DNA of 64,000 nucleotides from Planctomycetota bacterium (GTDB lineage Bacteria; Planctomycetota; UBA11346): positions 2,034 through 66,033 of the forward strand of contig JADGDD010000002.1 of NCBI GenBank assembly GCA_016745075.1, written 5' to 3'. A model generated the notes under the pieces. The model saw nothing but the letters and a program-made list of their open reading frames with translations. It was not told where the DNA came from and made no database searches. Every line of letters begins with the position of its first letter. Positions within the stretch are counted from its first letter, which is position 1. Both the position numbers and the translations under genes were made by a program. This document shows, in pieces, positions 19,418-27,988 of this stretch.

Positions 19418-20938
19418 TTAACCGTTTCCATGCGGTCCTTTATCTTTAATAGTCCAGCCGTCAGCTATAAGAGCCGCTCTAGAGGTTTCTGCCGATGAGC
19501 CAGATGTGTAATTGCTTGAATTGGCTCCAAAACTAACATTTCTCTGGTGTGCTTGGGTTTGCCATCCAACAAGTAAAGCATCGTAATTGGTAGTGGAGAG
19601 AGCTGAATAATGGAACATCCCACCCATGTCCGTAACATTGGAGATGTTCCATTGACTCAGATCTTGATTGAAAGCACTAGCATCGAAAAACATCCCTGAC
19701 ATATCTGTGACATTAGCAGTATTCCAATTGCTTATATCCTGATTGAAGGAGGAAGCCACCCTAAACATCCTCCCCATGTCTGTAACATTGGAGACGTTCC
19801 ATTGGCTCAAATCTTGACTGAATGCACTAGCATGGAAAAACATCTCTGACATATCTGTGACATTAGCAGTATTCCAATTGCTTATATCTTGATTGAAGGA
19901 GGAAGCTCTCCTAAACATTCCAGTCATATTAATAACATTCGATACGTTCCAGTTGTTTATGTTTTGGTTAAAAGCAATTGCTTCATTGAATAAGCCAGCC
20001 ATAGATTGAACATTCGATACGTTCCAATTGCTTATATCTTTATTGAAAGTAGTAGCGCTATTAAACATGCTATCCATATTGGTAACACTAGACACATCCC
20101 ATGTACCAATATCTTGATTAAAGGATATGGCACCCCTGAACATGCTAAAGATAAGAGTAATGGAAGATACATCCCAGCTGCTTATATCTTGATTGAAAGA
20201 AGTGGCGCTGGAAAACATGTAACTAGCATCGGTAAGACTCGATACGTCCCATCTACTTATATCCTGATTGAAAGCAGTCGCGCCATTAAACATGTGGGCT
20301 GTCTTAGTAACCTTGGATACATCCCAGTTGCCAATATCTTGATTAAAGCCTACGCAGTCCCCAAACATATTCTGCATATTAGTAATATTGGATACATCCC
20401 AGTTGCCAATATTCTGATTAAAAGAAGCCGCTCCATAAAACATGTTATGCATATCTCGAACACTAGAGAGATCTGGGCTATCGACAGCGCTAACGGCATC
20501 AAGGTTGCGCGCCAAAAAGAAGGCATACGACATATTACTCCATGCAATATCTCCCCATTGTAGTATTTTAATAAGTTGATTTTGGCTGTAGACATTCCCT
20601 TTTAAGTAGATTCTTGGAAATGTCCCAATGATTCGCACTTCATGATCACCAGCGTTTTCATATGTATATGTAGCAGAACCGTATTCTTGAGTATCGTAAG
20701 TGCCGTCCGCATCCCAATCAACCTGATAGTTATAACCACTACCTGTGGTAGGAATTGTTACGCTCTGATTAGGGGCTGTTGTTTTCCAGACTGAAATGAA
20801 GGGACGGAAGTCGCCCGTAGAACCACCACCCGTAGAACCACCACCCGTAGAACCACCACCCGTAGAACCACCGCCGCCGCAAGAGGCAAGCGTTGAAGCA
20901 AGCAAGGCCACCACTATTAAACATTTCATTATATTCAT
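19418..20938 (-). CDS. BspA-like DUF285 repeat surface lipoprotein
   Basis: Lipobox LASC, (GGGST)x4 linker, PKD-like segment and about 11 25-aa FNQDIxxWDVSxVTxMxxMF repeats. Confidence 0.9.
   Translation of the reverse strand: MNIMKCLIVVALLASTLASCGGGGSTGGGSTGGGSTGGGSTGDFRPFISVWKTTAPNQSVTIPTTGSGYNYQVDWDADGTYDTQEYGSATYTYENAGDHEVRIIGTFPRIYLKGNVYSQNQLIKILQWGDIAWSNMSYAFFLARNLDAVSAVDSPDLSSVRDMHNMFYGAASFNQNIGNWDVSNITNMQNMFGDCVGFNQDIGNWDVSKVTKTAHMFNGATAFNQDISRWDVSSLTDASYMFSSATSFNQDISSWDVSSITLIFSMFRGAISFNQDIGTWDVSSVTNMDSMFNSATTFNKDISNWNVSNVQSMAGLFNEAIAFNQNINNWNVSNVINMTGMFRRASSFNQDISNWNTANVTDMSEMFFHASAFSQDLSQWNVSNVTDMGRMFRVASSFNQDISNWNTANVTDMSGMFFDASAFNQDLSQWNISNVTDMGGMFHYSALSTTNYDALLVGWQTQAHQRNVSFGANSSNYTSGSSAETSRAALIADGWTIKDKGPHGNG
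19614..19913. repeat. Near-identical 150-bp tandem duplication inside the DUF285 gene
   Basis: 19614-19763 vs 19764-19913 (two 25-aa units each), sharing e.g. tgacatatctgtgacattagcagtattccaattgcttatatc. Confidence 0.85.
20814..20873. repeat. 4 x 15-bp tandem repeat encoding the GGGST linker
   Basis: cccgtagaaccacca x4 (last copy ends in g). Confidence 0.92.
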
Positions 20939-21164
20939 TCTCTTTCCTTTATGTATCTAGTTATTATACTTGCCAATCAAAACACTTATGTATCAGGTTG
21001 ACTTGAATTTCCTAATGCATGGGTGTCTGTGGTGTAAACGCTATAGTGATCAAAGTAGTGGCTGTTTTGTTGCGTTCATGACGACTGTGATTGTGGTATG
21101 ACATGGTTCTCTTTCTATTATGCTGTTCTCGGCGACGGTATTTGTTCAATTCATATATGGTTAC

Positions 21165-21186
21165 ATGTACGTCAATAAACGTACAT
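21165..21186. promoter_or_regulatory. Palindrome between the XRE gene and the divergent cargo gene
   Basis: atgtacgt-caataa-acgtacat. Confidence 0.4.
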
Positions 21187-21233
21187 ATCAAGCTCAATGT
21201 GGTCAGACGGTGTGAAGTGTGTACTGTTGAGAA

Positions 21234-21527
21234 ATGCTCTCCTTTGACCTTGTGCTATTAGACAGCTTAAAGAATGCTGAGATGACTCAGATGGCATTTG
21301 CCGAAGCTGTAGGAACTTCTAGGAGTGTAATCACAGACGTAGTAAAGGGGCGTTTGCGTCCACCAGTGGATAGGCTAAAGGTCTGGGCAGACAAGCTTGA
21401 CCTTTCAGGTGAGAAAAAAGAGGCTTTCTTGTTGGCTGGCTGGCTGACACATAGTCCCACAGAGCTTGTTTCTTATCTGGAAAACAAGGGCATTTTGACA
21501 GAGAATGGCCTCGCTCAGAACGATTGA
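21234..21527 (+). CDS. XRE-family HTH regulator
   Basis: MTQMAFAEAVGTSRSVITDVVKGRLRPP helix-turn-helix. Confidence 0.85.
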   Translation: MLSFDLVLLDSLKNAEMTQMAFAEAVGTSRSVITDVVKGRLRPPVDRLKVWADKLDLSGEKKEAFLLAGWLTHSPTELVSYLENKGILTENGLAQND

Positions 21528-21609
21528 ATTTGAATGTAGCGGGGTGCATGATATGCTCTGTAATCAAACGGCAATGATGCTATAGAGAGAAGCGGCAGCA
21601 ATGTTTTAT

Positions 21610-21629
21610 AGGGGTACGTTTGCGGGTAT
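21610..21629 (+). promoter_or_regulatory. Integrase arm-type site (right)
   Basis: aggggtacgtttgcgggtat, matching 13875-13894. Confidence 0.7.
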
Positions 21630-21685
21630 GTTTGCCAACAAAAAAACCGTAAGCCATGAATTAACAATGACTTACGGTCTGTATG

Positions 21686-21772
21686 TGGTACCCGAGAGAG
21701 GATTCGAACCTCCACGTCCTTTCGAACATATCGACCTCAACGATACGCGTCTGCCAATTCCGCCACCCGGGC
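21686..21772 (-). tRNA. tRNA-Leu (anticodon GAG)
   Basis: Reverse complement GCCCGGGTGGCGGAATTGGCAGACGCG-TATCG-TTGAGGT-CGATA-long variable arm-GGAGGTTCGAATCCTCT-CTCGGGT-ACCA; 87 nt with encoded CCA. Confidence 0.96.
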
Positions 21773-21864
21773 TTGGGTGAGCGGTGGATTCTGGCGCAGT
21801 ATTCTGTCTGTCAATAGGTATCATGGTTCCTTGCTCATATTGAAATTCTTGGCACGATTCACGC

Positions 21865-22827
21865 ATGATTCATGAATTGCAGGCCGATGAGTCGGTCATT
21901 GATATGCGCCTAGATGTGTGGTTAGAGCGAGAGCTTGAAGGCTGCTCTCGGAGCTTGGTAGCGCGTCTGATTAAGAGTGGTAACTGTAATATGGCTCCAG
22001 GTAAGCTGAAGCCGGGCTGGCGGTTGCGTGGAGATGAACATGTTCGTATTGAAGTCCCAGAAGCAGAGTCTTTAGATATTGTTGCTGAAGAAGGGCCGCT
22101 TGAGGTCTTGTATGAAGATGATGACTTACTGGTGCTTAATAAGCCTCCGCAACAAGTGGTACATCCGGCTATAGGGCATGTACGTGGGACATTAATGAAT
22201 GCGGTTGCATGGCGAGCAGAACAAGCAGGTTGGCAGGCGGGTTTAATTCACCGTTTAGATGAAGATACCAGTGGTATTATTTGTGTAGCGAAATCGGCGG
22301 CAGTTCTGGCGGCTTGTCAGGAGTCTTTCCGTGAGCGGCGAGTGAAGAAACGTTATGTAGCCTTGGTTCATGGTCGGCCCAAAGCTGATGTTTTTGATAA
22401 CAATAAGGCTATTGGTCGGCATCCGAAGGATTTCCGTAAGCGAGCTTTAGTAGAAGACGGGAAAGCTTCCTATACCTCGTTTGTGGTTCGAGAACGGCAT
22501 GAAGATTATGCTGTATTAGAAGCTCGACCAACTACGGGTCGCACCCATCAAATTCGTGTGCATGTGCTTGATTGCGGTCATCCTGTTTTAGCAGACCGTA
22601 CCTATAGCCGTAGTGATGTGTTTCCTGTAAGTGAGAACAGCAGCGGACCACACTTGACCCGCCAGGGTTTACACGCGTGGTATTTAAAAATTCCACATCC
22701 GCAAGGCGGGGTGCTTGAAATTATTGCACCACCACCCGTAGATATGGCTACCTTTATTGAGACAGATGATTTGCGCCCTCTTGAATTAGATGACCCCTTT
22801 GCTGGCTCATCAAGGTTGCGTCACTAA
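21865..22827 (+). CDS. rluD: RluA-family (RluD-like) 23S rRNA pseudouridine synthase
   Basis: S4-like RLDVWL...SRS, LNKP, catalytic IHRLDEDTSG, TGRTHQIRVH and LHA motifs. Confidence 0.85.
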   Translation: MIHELQADESVIDMRLDVWLERELEGCSRSLVARLIKSGNCNMAPGKLKPGWRLRGDEHVRIEVPEAESLDIVAEEGPLEVLYEDDDLLVLNKPPQQVVHPAIGHVRGTLMNAVAWRAEQAGWQAGLIHRLDEDTSGIICVAKSAAVLAACQESFRERRVKKRYVALVHGRPKADVFDNNKAIGRHPKDFRKRALVEDGKASYTSFVVRERHEDYAVLEARPTTGRTHQIRVHVLDCGHPVLADRTYSRSDVFPVSENSSGPHLTRQGLHAWYLKIPHPQGGVLEIIAPPPVDMATFIETDDLRPLELDDPFAGSSRLRH

Positions 22828-23468
22828 TGCGCGTGCTTGTTGGTATTGGAAATCCTGGCTCCAAGTATGAGGGTACGCGGCATAATGTTGGTTTTGATAC
22901 AGTTGATATTTTAGCGGCCCGTTATGGAGAAAAGCTCAGCACCAAAAAGTGGCAGGCTTTATCTACAGAGGTGTTATTGCCGAGCTGCGGTAAAGTTTTG
23001 CTGGTTAAACCGCAAACCTATGTCAACGAAACGGGCAAAACCGTGCAGGCATTGTTATCGTTTTACAAATTATCGATCGAAGATCTGTGCATTGTTGTTG
23101 ATGATATTCATTTGAACCTTGGTGATATACGCATACGTAAAGGCGGTGGTCCTGGTGGCCATAATGGTCTCAAAAGTATTCAGCAGCATATTGGCAAAGA
23201 GTATGCACGGATGCGTTTAGGTATAGGTAAGCCAGAGTATGACCAAGTGGCGCATGTGCTGGGTCGTTTTACTGTGGACCAGCAGGTAGATGCGAATGCC
23301 TTATTTTACAAAGCCGCAGATTGTGCCGAAGCATGGCTTTGTGGTGAGGATGTACCTACTGTAGCTGGGCGTTTCAATGGTCCATTACGCCCTCCTCCGC
23401 CGCGAGTGAAAAAAGAAAAGGCTGTTGAAGAAAAAACGGTAGCTGATGAAACTGAATCGCTAGCGTGA
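22827..23468 (+). CDS. pth: Peptidyl-tRNA hydrolase
   Basis: VGIGNPGSKYEGTRHNVGF, KPQTYVN and GGHNGLKS motifs. Confidence 0.96.
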   Translation: MRVLVGIGNPGSKYEGTRHNVGFDTVDILAARYGEKLSTKKWQALSTEVLLPSCGKVLLVKPQTYVNETGKTVQALLSFYKLSIEDLCIVVDDIHLNLGDIRIRKGGGPGGHNGLKSIQQHIGKEYARMRLGIGKPEYDQVAHVLGRFTVDQQVDANALFYKAADCAEAWLCGEDVPTVAGRFNGPLRPPPPRVKKEKAVEEKTVADETESLA

Positions 23469-23504
23469 AGGTGATTGTATTATGCAAAGGAAAGGAACTG
23501 TAGT

Positions 23505-23756
23505 ATGGCATCATATGTAGGGTTAATCCGTGTGCAGGCAGACGGACGCTATCGTTTGCACATCCCAGACCTTCCAGAGATTGCTGTGGAAGGGGCCGAT
23601 TCTGTGGAATCTATCTCGCTTGCGAGGCAAGCGTTGGCCGAAATGGTGCAGACCTATCTTGCAGAGAAAAAGAAACTCAAACGGCCGCGTAGTTTGGCCA
23701 GTATTATGGCCAACCCAGAGTATGCAGGAGCAATGCCCGTCTCATTGGCAATTTGA
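23505..23756 (+). CDS. HicB-like antitoxin-domain protein
   Basis: YRLHIPDLPEIAVEGADSVESISLARQAL resembles the HicB N-domain. No hicA adjacent. Confidence 0.7.
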   Translation: MASYVGLIRVQADGRYRLHIPDLPEIAVEGADSVESISLARQALAEMVQTYLAEKKKLKRPRSLASIMANPEYAGAMPVSLAI

Positions 23757-23787
23757 CTCTTGAAAAGCGTTTGACACACTAGCCTCT

Positions 23788-24705
23788 ATGAGTGGTCAAC
23801 TTGGCAGCGCTTCGCGCCTTCCTATTGGAAACAGCATTGGTCCCTACCAGATTAAAAAGGTCTTAGGTAGTGGCGGTATGGGAACTGTGTACTTAGCAAC
23901 CCAGTTAAGTCTTGGCAGAGACGTGGCCTTAAAAGTGTTGCGTCCCAAGCGTTTAGCAGCTCCTGGTGCGGCAGAAAAATTCTTAGATGAAGCTCGTTGT
24001 ACTGCTCGTTTGAATCATCCCAATTTGGTGAGTGTTCATGATGCTGGTCATGATGATGAAAAAAACATGGTTTATTATACTATGGAATATGTAAAGGGCT
24101 TGAACTTGCGCGAACTTGCTCAACGCCAAGGGTTGCCACCGCCCGCACATGCTTTGCGTATTTGTTATGAAACAGCACTTGGTCTTGGTCATGCTCATAA
24201 TGCTGGCCTCGTTCATAGAGACCTGAAGCCAGACAATATTATGCTAGATACTACTGGCCGTGCTAAGGTCACAGACCTTGGCTTGGCTTATGACCGTATG
24301 TCTGGGCAGCAATATAATTCAAGTAAAACGCTCGCGCTTGTTGGTACTCAGGAATATTGTGCGCCAGAACAAAGTCGGAATCCATCGAAAGCTATTGCAG
24401 CTAGTGATATTTGGTCTTTGGGTGCATGTCTATTTTTTGCGCTAACGGGGAAAGACCCATTTGATGGAGAAACGGTTATAGATTTAATTGTTCGTGCGGC
24501 AACGGAAGATCCACCAGATTTAGATCAATTAGAGCCAGCGCACCAAGAATTAATTAAACAGCTCATGTGTAAACACCCAGATGACCGTCCCGCAAACGGC
24601 GATGCTGCTGCTGAGCTGATAAAAGGTGTTATGGATGGCACGGCGCGTATTGCAGGTAAGAAAAAGTCTGGCCCACTGCGCCGTGTCCGTCGTCGTCGTC
24701 GATAA
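23788..24705 (+). CDS. Cytoplasmic Ser/Thr protein kinase with Arg-rich tail
   Basis: LGSGGMGTV, VALK, HRDLKPDN, DLG and GTQEYCAPE; ends RRVRRRRR. Confidence 0.93.
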   Translation: MSGQLGSASRLPIGNSIGPYQIKKVLGSGGMGTVYLATQLSLGRDVALKVLRPKRLAAPGAAEKFLDEARCTARLNHPNLVSVHDAGHDDEKNMVYYTMEYVKGLNLRELAQRQGLPPPAHALRICYETALGLGHAHNAGLVHRDLKPDNIMLDTTGRAKVTDLGLAYDRMSGQQYNSSKTLALVGTQEYCAPEQSRNPSKAIAASDIWSLGACLFFALTGKDPFDGETVIDLIVRAATEDPPDLDQLEPAHQELIKQLMCKHPDDRPANGDAAAELIKGVMDGTARIAGKKKSGPLRRVRRRRR

Positions 24706-27000
24706 TTAAATAACAACCTCAACAGTATGTTCTCCGCTATCAAAACACGGAAGCAGATTGCCGTCGAGTAATTTCCCATCAACCGTAATGCTGGTGGTAC
24801 CTGTGCAGCGGCCTGCACTGTTATCTATGTGTATGTGATACGTTGCGCCACGGAAGTTTCTACTAAGAGAGGCTTTTGGTATGTCTTTGCTGAGGCAGGG
24901 ATCAATAAGGAGGCCATCATAATCCCGACGCACACCAAGAATCCATTCTATCAGAGCAACGGTAAACCAAGCAGCGGTGCCGGTGCGCCACGGGTAACCT
25001 GCTTTCCACGCATAAACGGGGTGGTCTGGTTCGTCTTTCACATAAAAATTATTATAAGAAAAAGGTTCTGCACCAGAGCGTTCGGTTGGCAGCCATTTAC
25101 TATTAGGGGTAATTTTTTGCCATGTACGCCATGCCTGTTCTGGTCTACCCATCATGCAATCCGCTACACACTTAAAGCCAGCGGCATGATTGTAACAGCC
25201 ACCGTTTATTTCTGTGTATGGAATTTTATTAGAAATATTTCCAACGCGTGGATCATACTTTGTAAAAGGTGGATTCAAGACCATAAACCCTTCATCGCAT
25301 TCTAATCGTTCATCTACAATTTCTAAACAACGTTTTCCACGCTGATCATTAGCACAACCGCTTAATATGGCCCAGCTTTGTGTGTTCATCCAGAATTGCG
25401 CTTCTTTATTTTCCTTGCTGCCAACACGGTAGCCATCTTCACAAATAGTACGGATATACCAATCGCCGTCCCATGCAGTATCATTGAGATTTGTACAAAT
25501 GGTATCATAGGCTGTTTGGGCTTCTGTGGCTATGGCAGTATCACCAGAGCGTTTTGCTAGTTCAATCATTTCACGAAGGCCGTAGGCGAGTTGTTGAGTA
25601 ACCATGATACTTTCGCGTTCGCCTGCCTCTGGGGTCGATTCGAGATCATCATTCCAGTCGGCATAATGTTGGTTGGATAAACCATTTGGACCAAGGTCAT
25701 TCAACATATAGCGCATAGTGCGGATCATGTGATCCCAGACGCTTCCCACTTCATCACTTTCTAGATAGGGCACTTGCTCTTGCAAAAAGTTGAGATCGCC
25801 ACTTTCTTTAATAAGCCATGGTACAGCAAGGAATATCCAAGCTGGTTTATCGCTATATTTTAAGCGAACGAGTGGTCGGAAACCATGCGGTACGCAACCA
25901 TCTGCCCATTGGCTGGCGAGTGCGCGTAATAAATTATCTTTGGCAACGGGGTAATCGACCATCGCCATAGCGTAATCAGTTTGTAGGTTGTCTCTAAATC
26001 CGCTTTTATTTACAAGGTAGGTCATGAATTGTTTTTTGACCCAACAGTTGACTAAAGCATTATGGTGATCATTGCCAATATCTATACGGAAACTATCTGC
26101 GCGTTGTCGTTCAATGGCTTCTTGTTCGGCAAGCCATGCATCAACACGATCGTATGAGATCTCGGATTTTATCTGAGTAACTTCGTTTGTATCAGAGGCT
26201 TGGCCAAGAACAAAAACGTAACGACGTTCTTCGCCAGGAGCGAGCGTATCGCTGCATTGAATAATACCCGCGCTGTCTGGCCCTTTATCACCACGGTTAT
26301 CACAGTTCCAGCCCCAGAGTATTTTTGGTGTAGAAAGACTGTAATCTGCGCGGGTAAAATGATCACGATAGCCATTGGCAGCGGTAAAACCATCAAGAGC
26401 AAAGATATAACCATTATAGCGATCAGTTGGCACGCATTGATTAAAGTTTTTGACAAAGACACCACCAAATTCTGGATGAATACTAGCACGGTTGTTGTTC
26501 CATATTTGTTGTGCGTTTTGATCACGGCCCGTTAAGGAAAACCGTGCATAGGCAAAAGTACTTACTTTTCGTGCGCGATCACTGTCATTACGAACGACCA
26601 TATCCCAAATAAGTACGGCTGTATTTGCGGGAACAAAGGTGCGCAAACGGCTAAAAATTCCGTTACAAGAACCAGACCATTCATTCATCCATGGATATAT
26701 TTTACAGCTTTGGTTGTTGATACTTTGCGGACAAGGTTGCCCCATTGGATTAAAGGTGGTATTATCTTCATCATCTCGAACGTAGACGCAGGTGCTATCA
26801 TAATCTATCAATTTGCATTCGTTACCGACTTCGTCTCGAAGGGTAACGTCACCATCGTTGAGATGTGAGACAACAGCGTATATTTCATCTTGGGCAATGC
26901 CATTTACAAAAGTATTAAACCATTTGCGTGGCGGTTCTCCAGTGATGTTAAAGCAATAGCCATTTTCACTAAAGTGGCCAATCGTATCAAATCCAGACAT
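24706..27000 (-). CDS. GH94-family glycoside phosphorylase
   Basis: SGFRDNLQ, ADWNDD, WDGDWYIR, NTQSWAILSG, NGGCYNHA, WRTGTAAW and RNFRGATY motifs. Start at 27000 after AAGGA. Confidence 0.88.
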   Translation of the reverse strand: MSGFDTIGHFSENGYCFNITGEPPRKWFNTFVNGIAQDEIYAVVSHLNDGDVTLRDEVGNECKLIDYDSTCVYVRDDEDNTTFNPMGQPCPQSINNQSCKIYPWMNEWSGSCNGIFSRLRTFVPANTAVLIWDMVVRNDSDRARKVSTFAYARFSLTGRDQNAQQIWNNNRASIHPEFGGVFVKNFNQCVPTDRYNGYIFALDGFTAANGYRDHFTRADYSLSTPKILWGWNCDNRGDKGPDSAGIIQCSDTLAPGEERRYVFVLGQASDTNEVTQIKSEISYDRVDAWLAEQEAIERQRADSFRIDIGNDHHNALVNCWVKKQFMTYLVNKSGFRDNLQTDYAMAMVDYPVAKDNLLRALASQWADGCVPHGFRPLVRLKYSDKPAWIFLAVPWLIKESGDLNFLQEQVPYLESDEVGSVWDHMIRTMRYMLNDLGPNGLSNQHYADWNDDLESTPEAGERESIMVTQQLAYGLREMIELAKRSGDTAIATEAQTAYDTICTNLNDTAWDGDWYIRTICEDGYRVGSKENKEAQFWMNTQSWAILSGCANDQRGKRCLEIVDERLECDEGFMVLNPPFTKYDPRVGNISNKIPYTEINGGCYNHAAGFKCVADCMMGRPEQAWRTWQKITPNSKWLPTERSGAEPFSYNNFYVKDEPDHPVYAWKAGYPWRTGTAAWFTVALIEWILGVRRDYDGLLIDPCLSKDIPKASLSRNFRGATYHIHIDNSAGRCTGTTSITVDGKLLDGNLLPCFDSGEHTVEVVI

Positions 27001-27097
27001 AGTATCTTCCTTATAAGTGGTGTTGAATGGTAAATTGTATGGAATAGATAACTGTAAGTCTATTGTCATTTCTGGATAAACTTGTACGATTTGGTAT

Positions 27098-27913
27098 ATG
27101 GACAATAAGGCAACAGAGGCGCGGACCTTTTCAACACCAATTGGCTTAGTTGAAGTAGGGGCAAGTGTCTATCATGGTGAAAATCCGTGGAAGCGCGTAA
27201 ATTTCTTAAACCATGAGCCGCAACGGTTTAGCCTTCATTATGTTACGCACGGTGGTGCAGCGTTTACAACGCGAACAAAAACAGGCGAAACAGGTCATTG
27301 GGATATTACTACAGGCATGGTGTATCAACGTAATCCAGAGCAGTGTATTGATTTTGTAGCAGACGAGTTTTATCAAGATGTTCGCATTCAGTGTTCAGTG
27401 AACTTATACACCTATCTGCGGGATCTTGGTTTATTACGAGTACCGATGGCTTGCTGGTCTGCACCAGGGGCAGACAAAGACTTGGTACCGCTCTATCACA
27501 TTTTGGCGCGGCATACTGGCCAAGATATAGAACCAGTGATTGCTGCATTTTTGAATGGTGTCGCCTCATGGCGAAGGCGTGTTCAGCAAGAAGATGCTAC
27601 CAGCTTGGCCATAGCTCGTGCTTGTGAATTGCTTGCTCAAGTGAATGCGCGTGAGTGGGACATGCGGCATTTGGCTGAGCATGTTGGCATTGGGTATGAG
27701 TTATTTCGTAAGGCGTTTCGTAAACAGATCGGTTGTTCACCATGGGAATTCCATCTGCGAGCTCGCATAGAACAGGCTTGTACTTTATTAACAGATCGCT
27801 CTATCATGAGTGTAGCAGAAGAACTTGGGTATAGTGATCTGAGCGCATTTAGTCGTCAATTTAAGCGTTATGTTGGGATGAGTCCTCGCCAATGGCAACA
27901 ACGATTGGGCTAG
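27098..27913 (+). CDS. AraC-family regulator (divergent from GH94)
   Basis: SVAEELGYSDLSAFSRQFKRYVGMSPRQW. Confidence 0.92.
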   Translation: MDNKATEARTFSTPIGLVEVGASVYHGENPWKRVNFLNHEPQRFSLHYVTHGGAAFTTRTKTGETGHWDITTGMVYQRNPEQCIDFVADEFYQDVRIQCSVNLYTYLRDLGLLRVPMACWSAPGADKDLVPLYHILARHTGQDIEPVIAAFLNGVASWRRRVQQEDATSLAIARACELLAQVNAREWDMRHLAEHVGIGYELFRKAFRKQIGCSPWEFHLRARIEQACTLLTDRSIMSVAEELGYSDLSAFSRQFKRYVGMSPRQWQQRLG

Positions 27914-27988
27914 TAGTTTGTTTCAATAATTTTAAGAAATACCCGCTGTTTTGCTTGCGTATCGCTTTTAAGATTATAGTATGGCCGT

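Larger units (their letters stand above)
13740..21701. mobile_element. ~7.95-kb tRNA-Leu-integrated element, phage-satellite-like (PICI/PICMI-like)
   Basis: 17-bp terminal direct repeats, paired arm-type sites, P4-like integrase, Xis-like HTH, AlpA, DUF3987 and a TerS-like ORF. No capsid, tail or conjugation genes recognised. Confidence 0.88.

Noticed and set aside
19614..20460. 75-bp periodicity as a possible array or DGR template/variable pair
   Set aside because: Explained by 25-aa DUF285 protein repeats; differences are not adenine-specific and no reverse transcriptase is present.
21012..21197. Small ORF upstream of the DUF285 gene
   Set aside because: Only ~30 codons from the plausible ATG and no recognisable family; left uncalled.
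13740..21701. Full prophage or ICE
   Set aside because: No capsid, portal, large terminase, tail, lysis, relaxase or T4SS genes recognisable in 8 kb.
27914..27988. Cobalamin riboswitch before the TonB receptor
   Set aside because: The intergenic gap is only 75 bp and has no B12-box.
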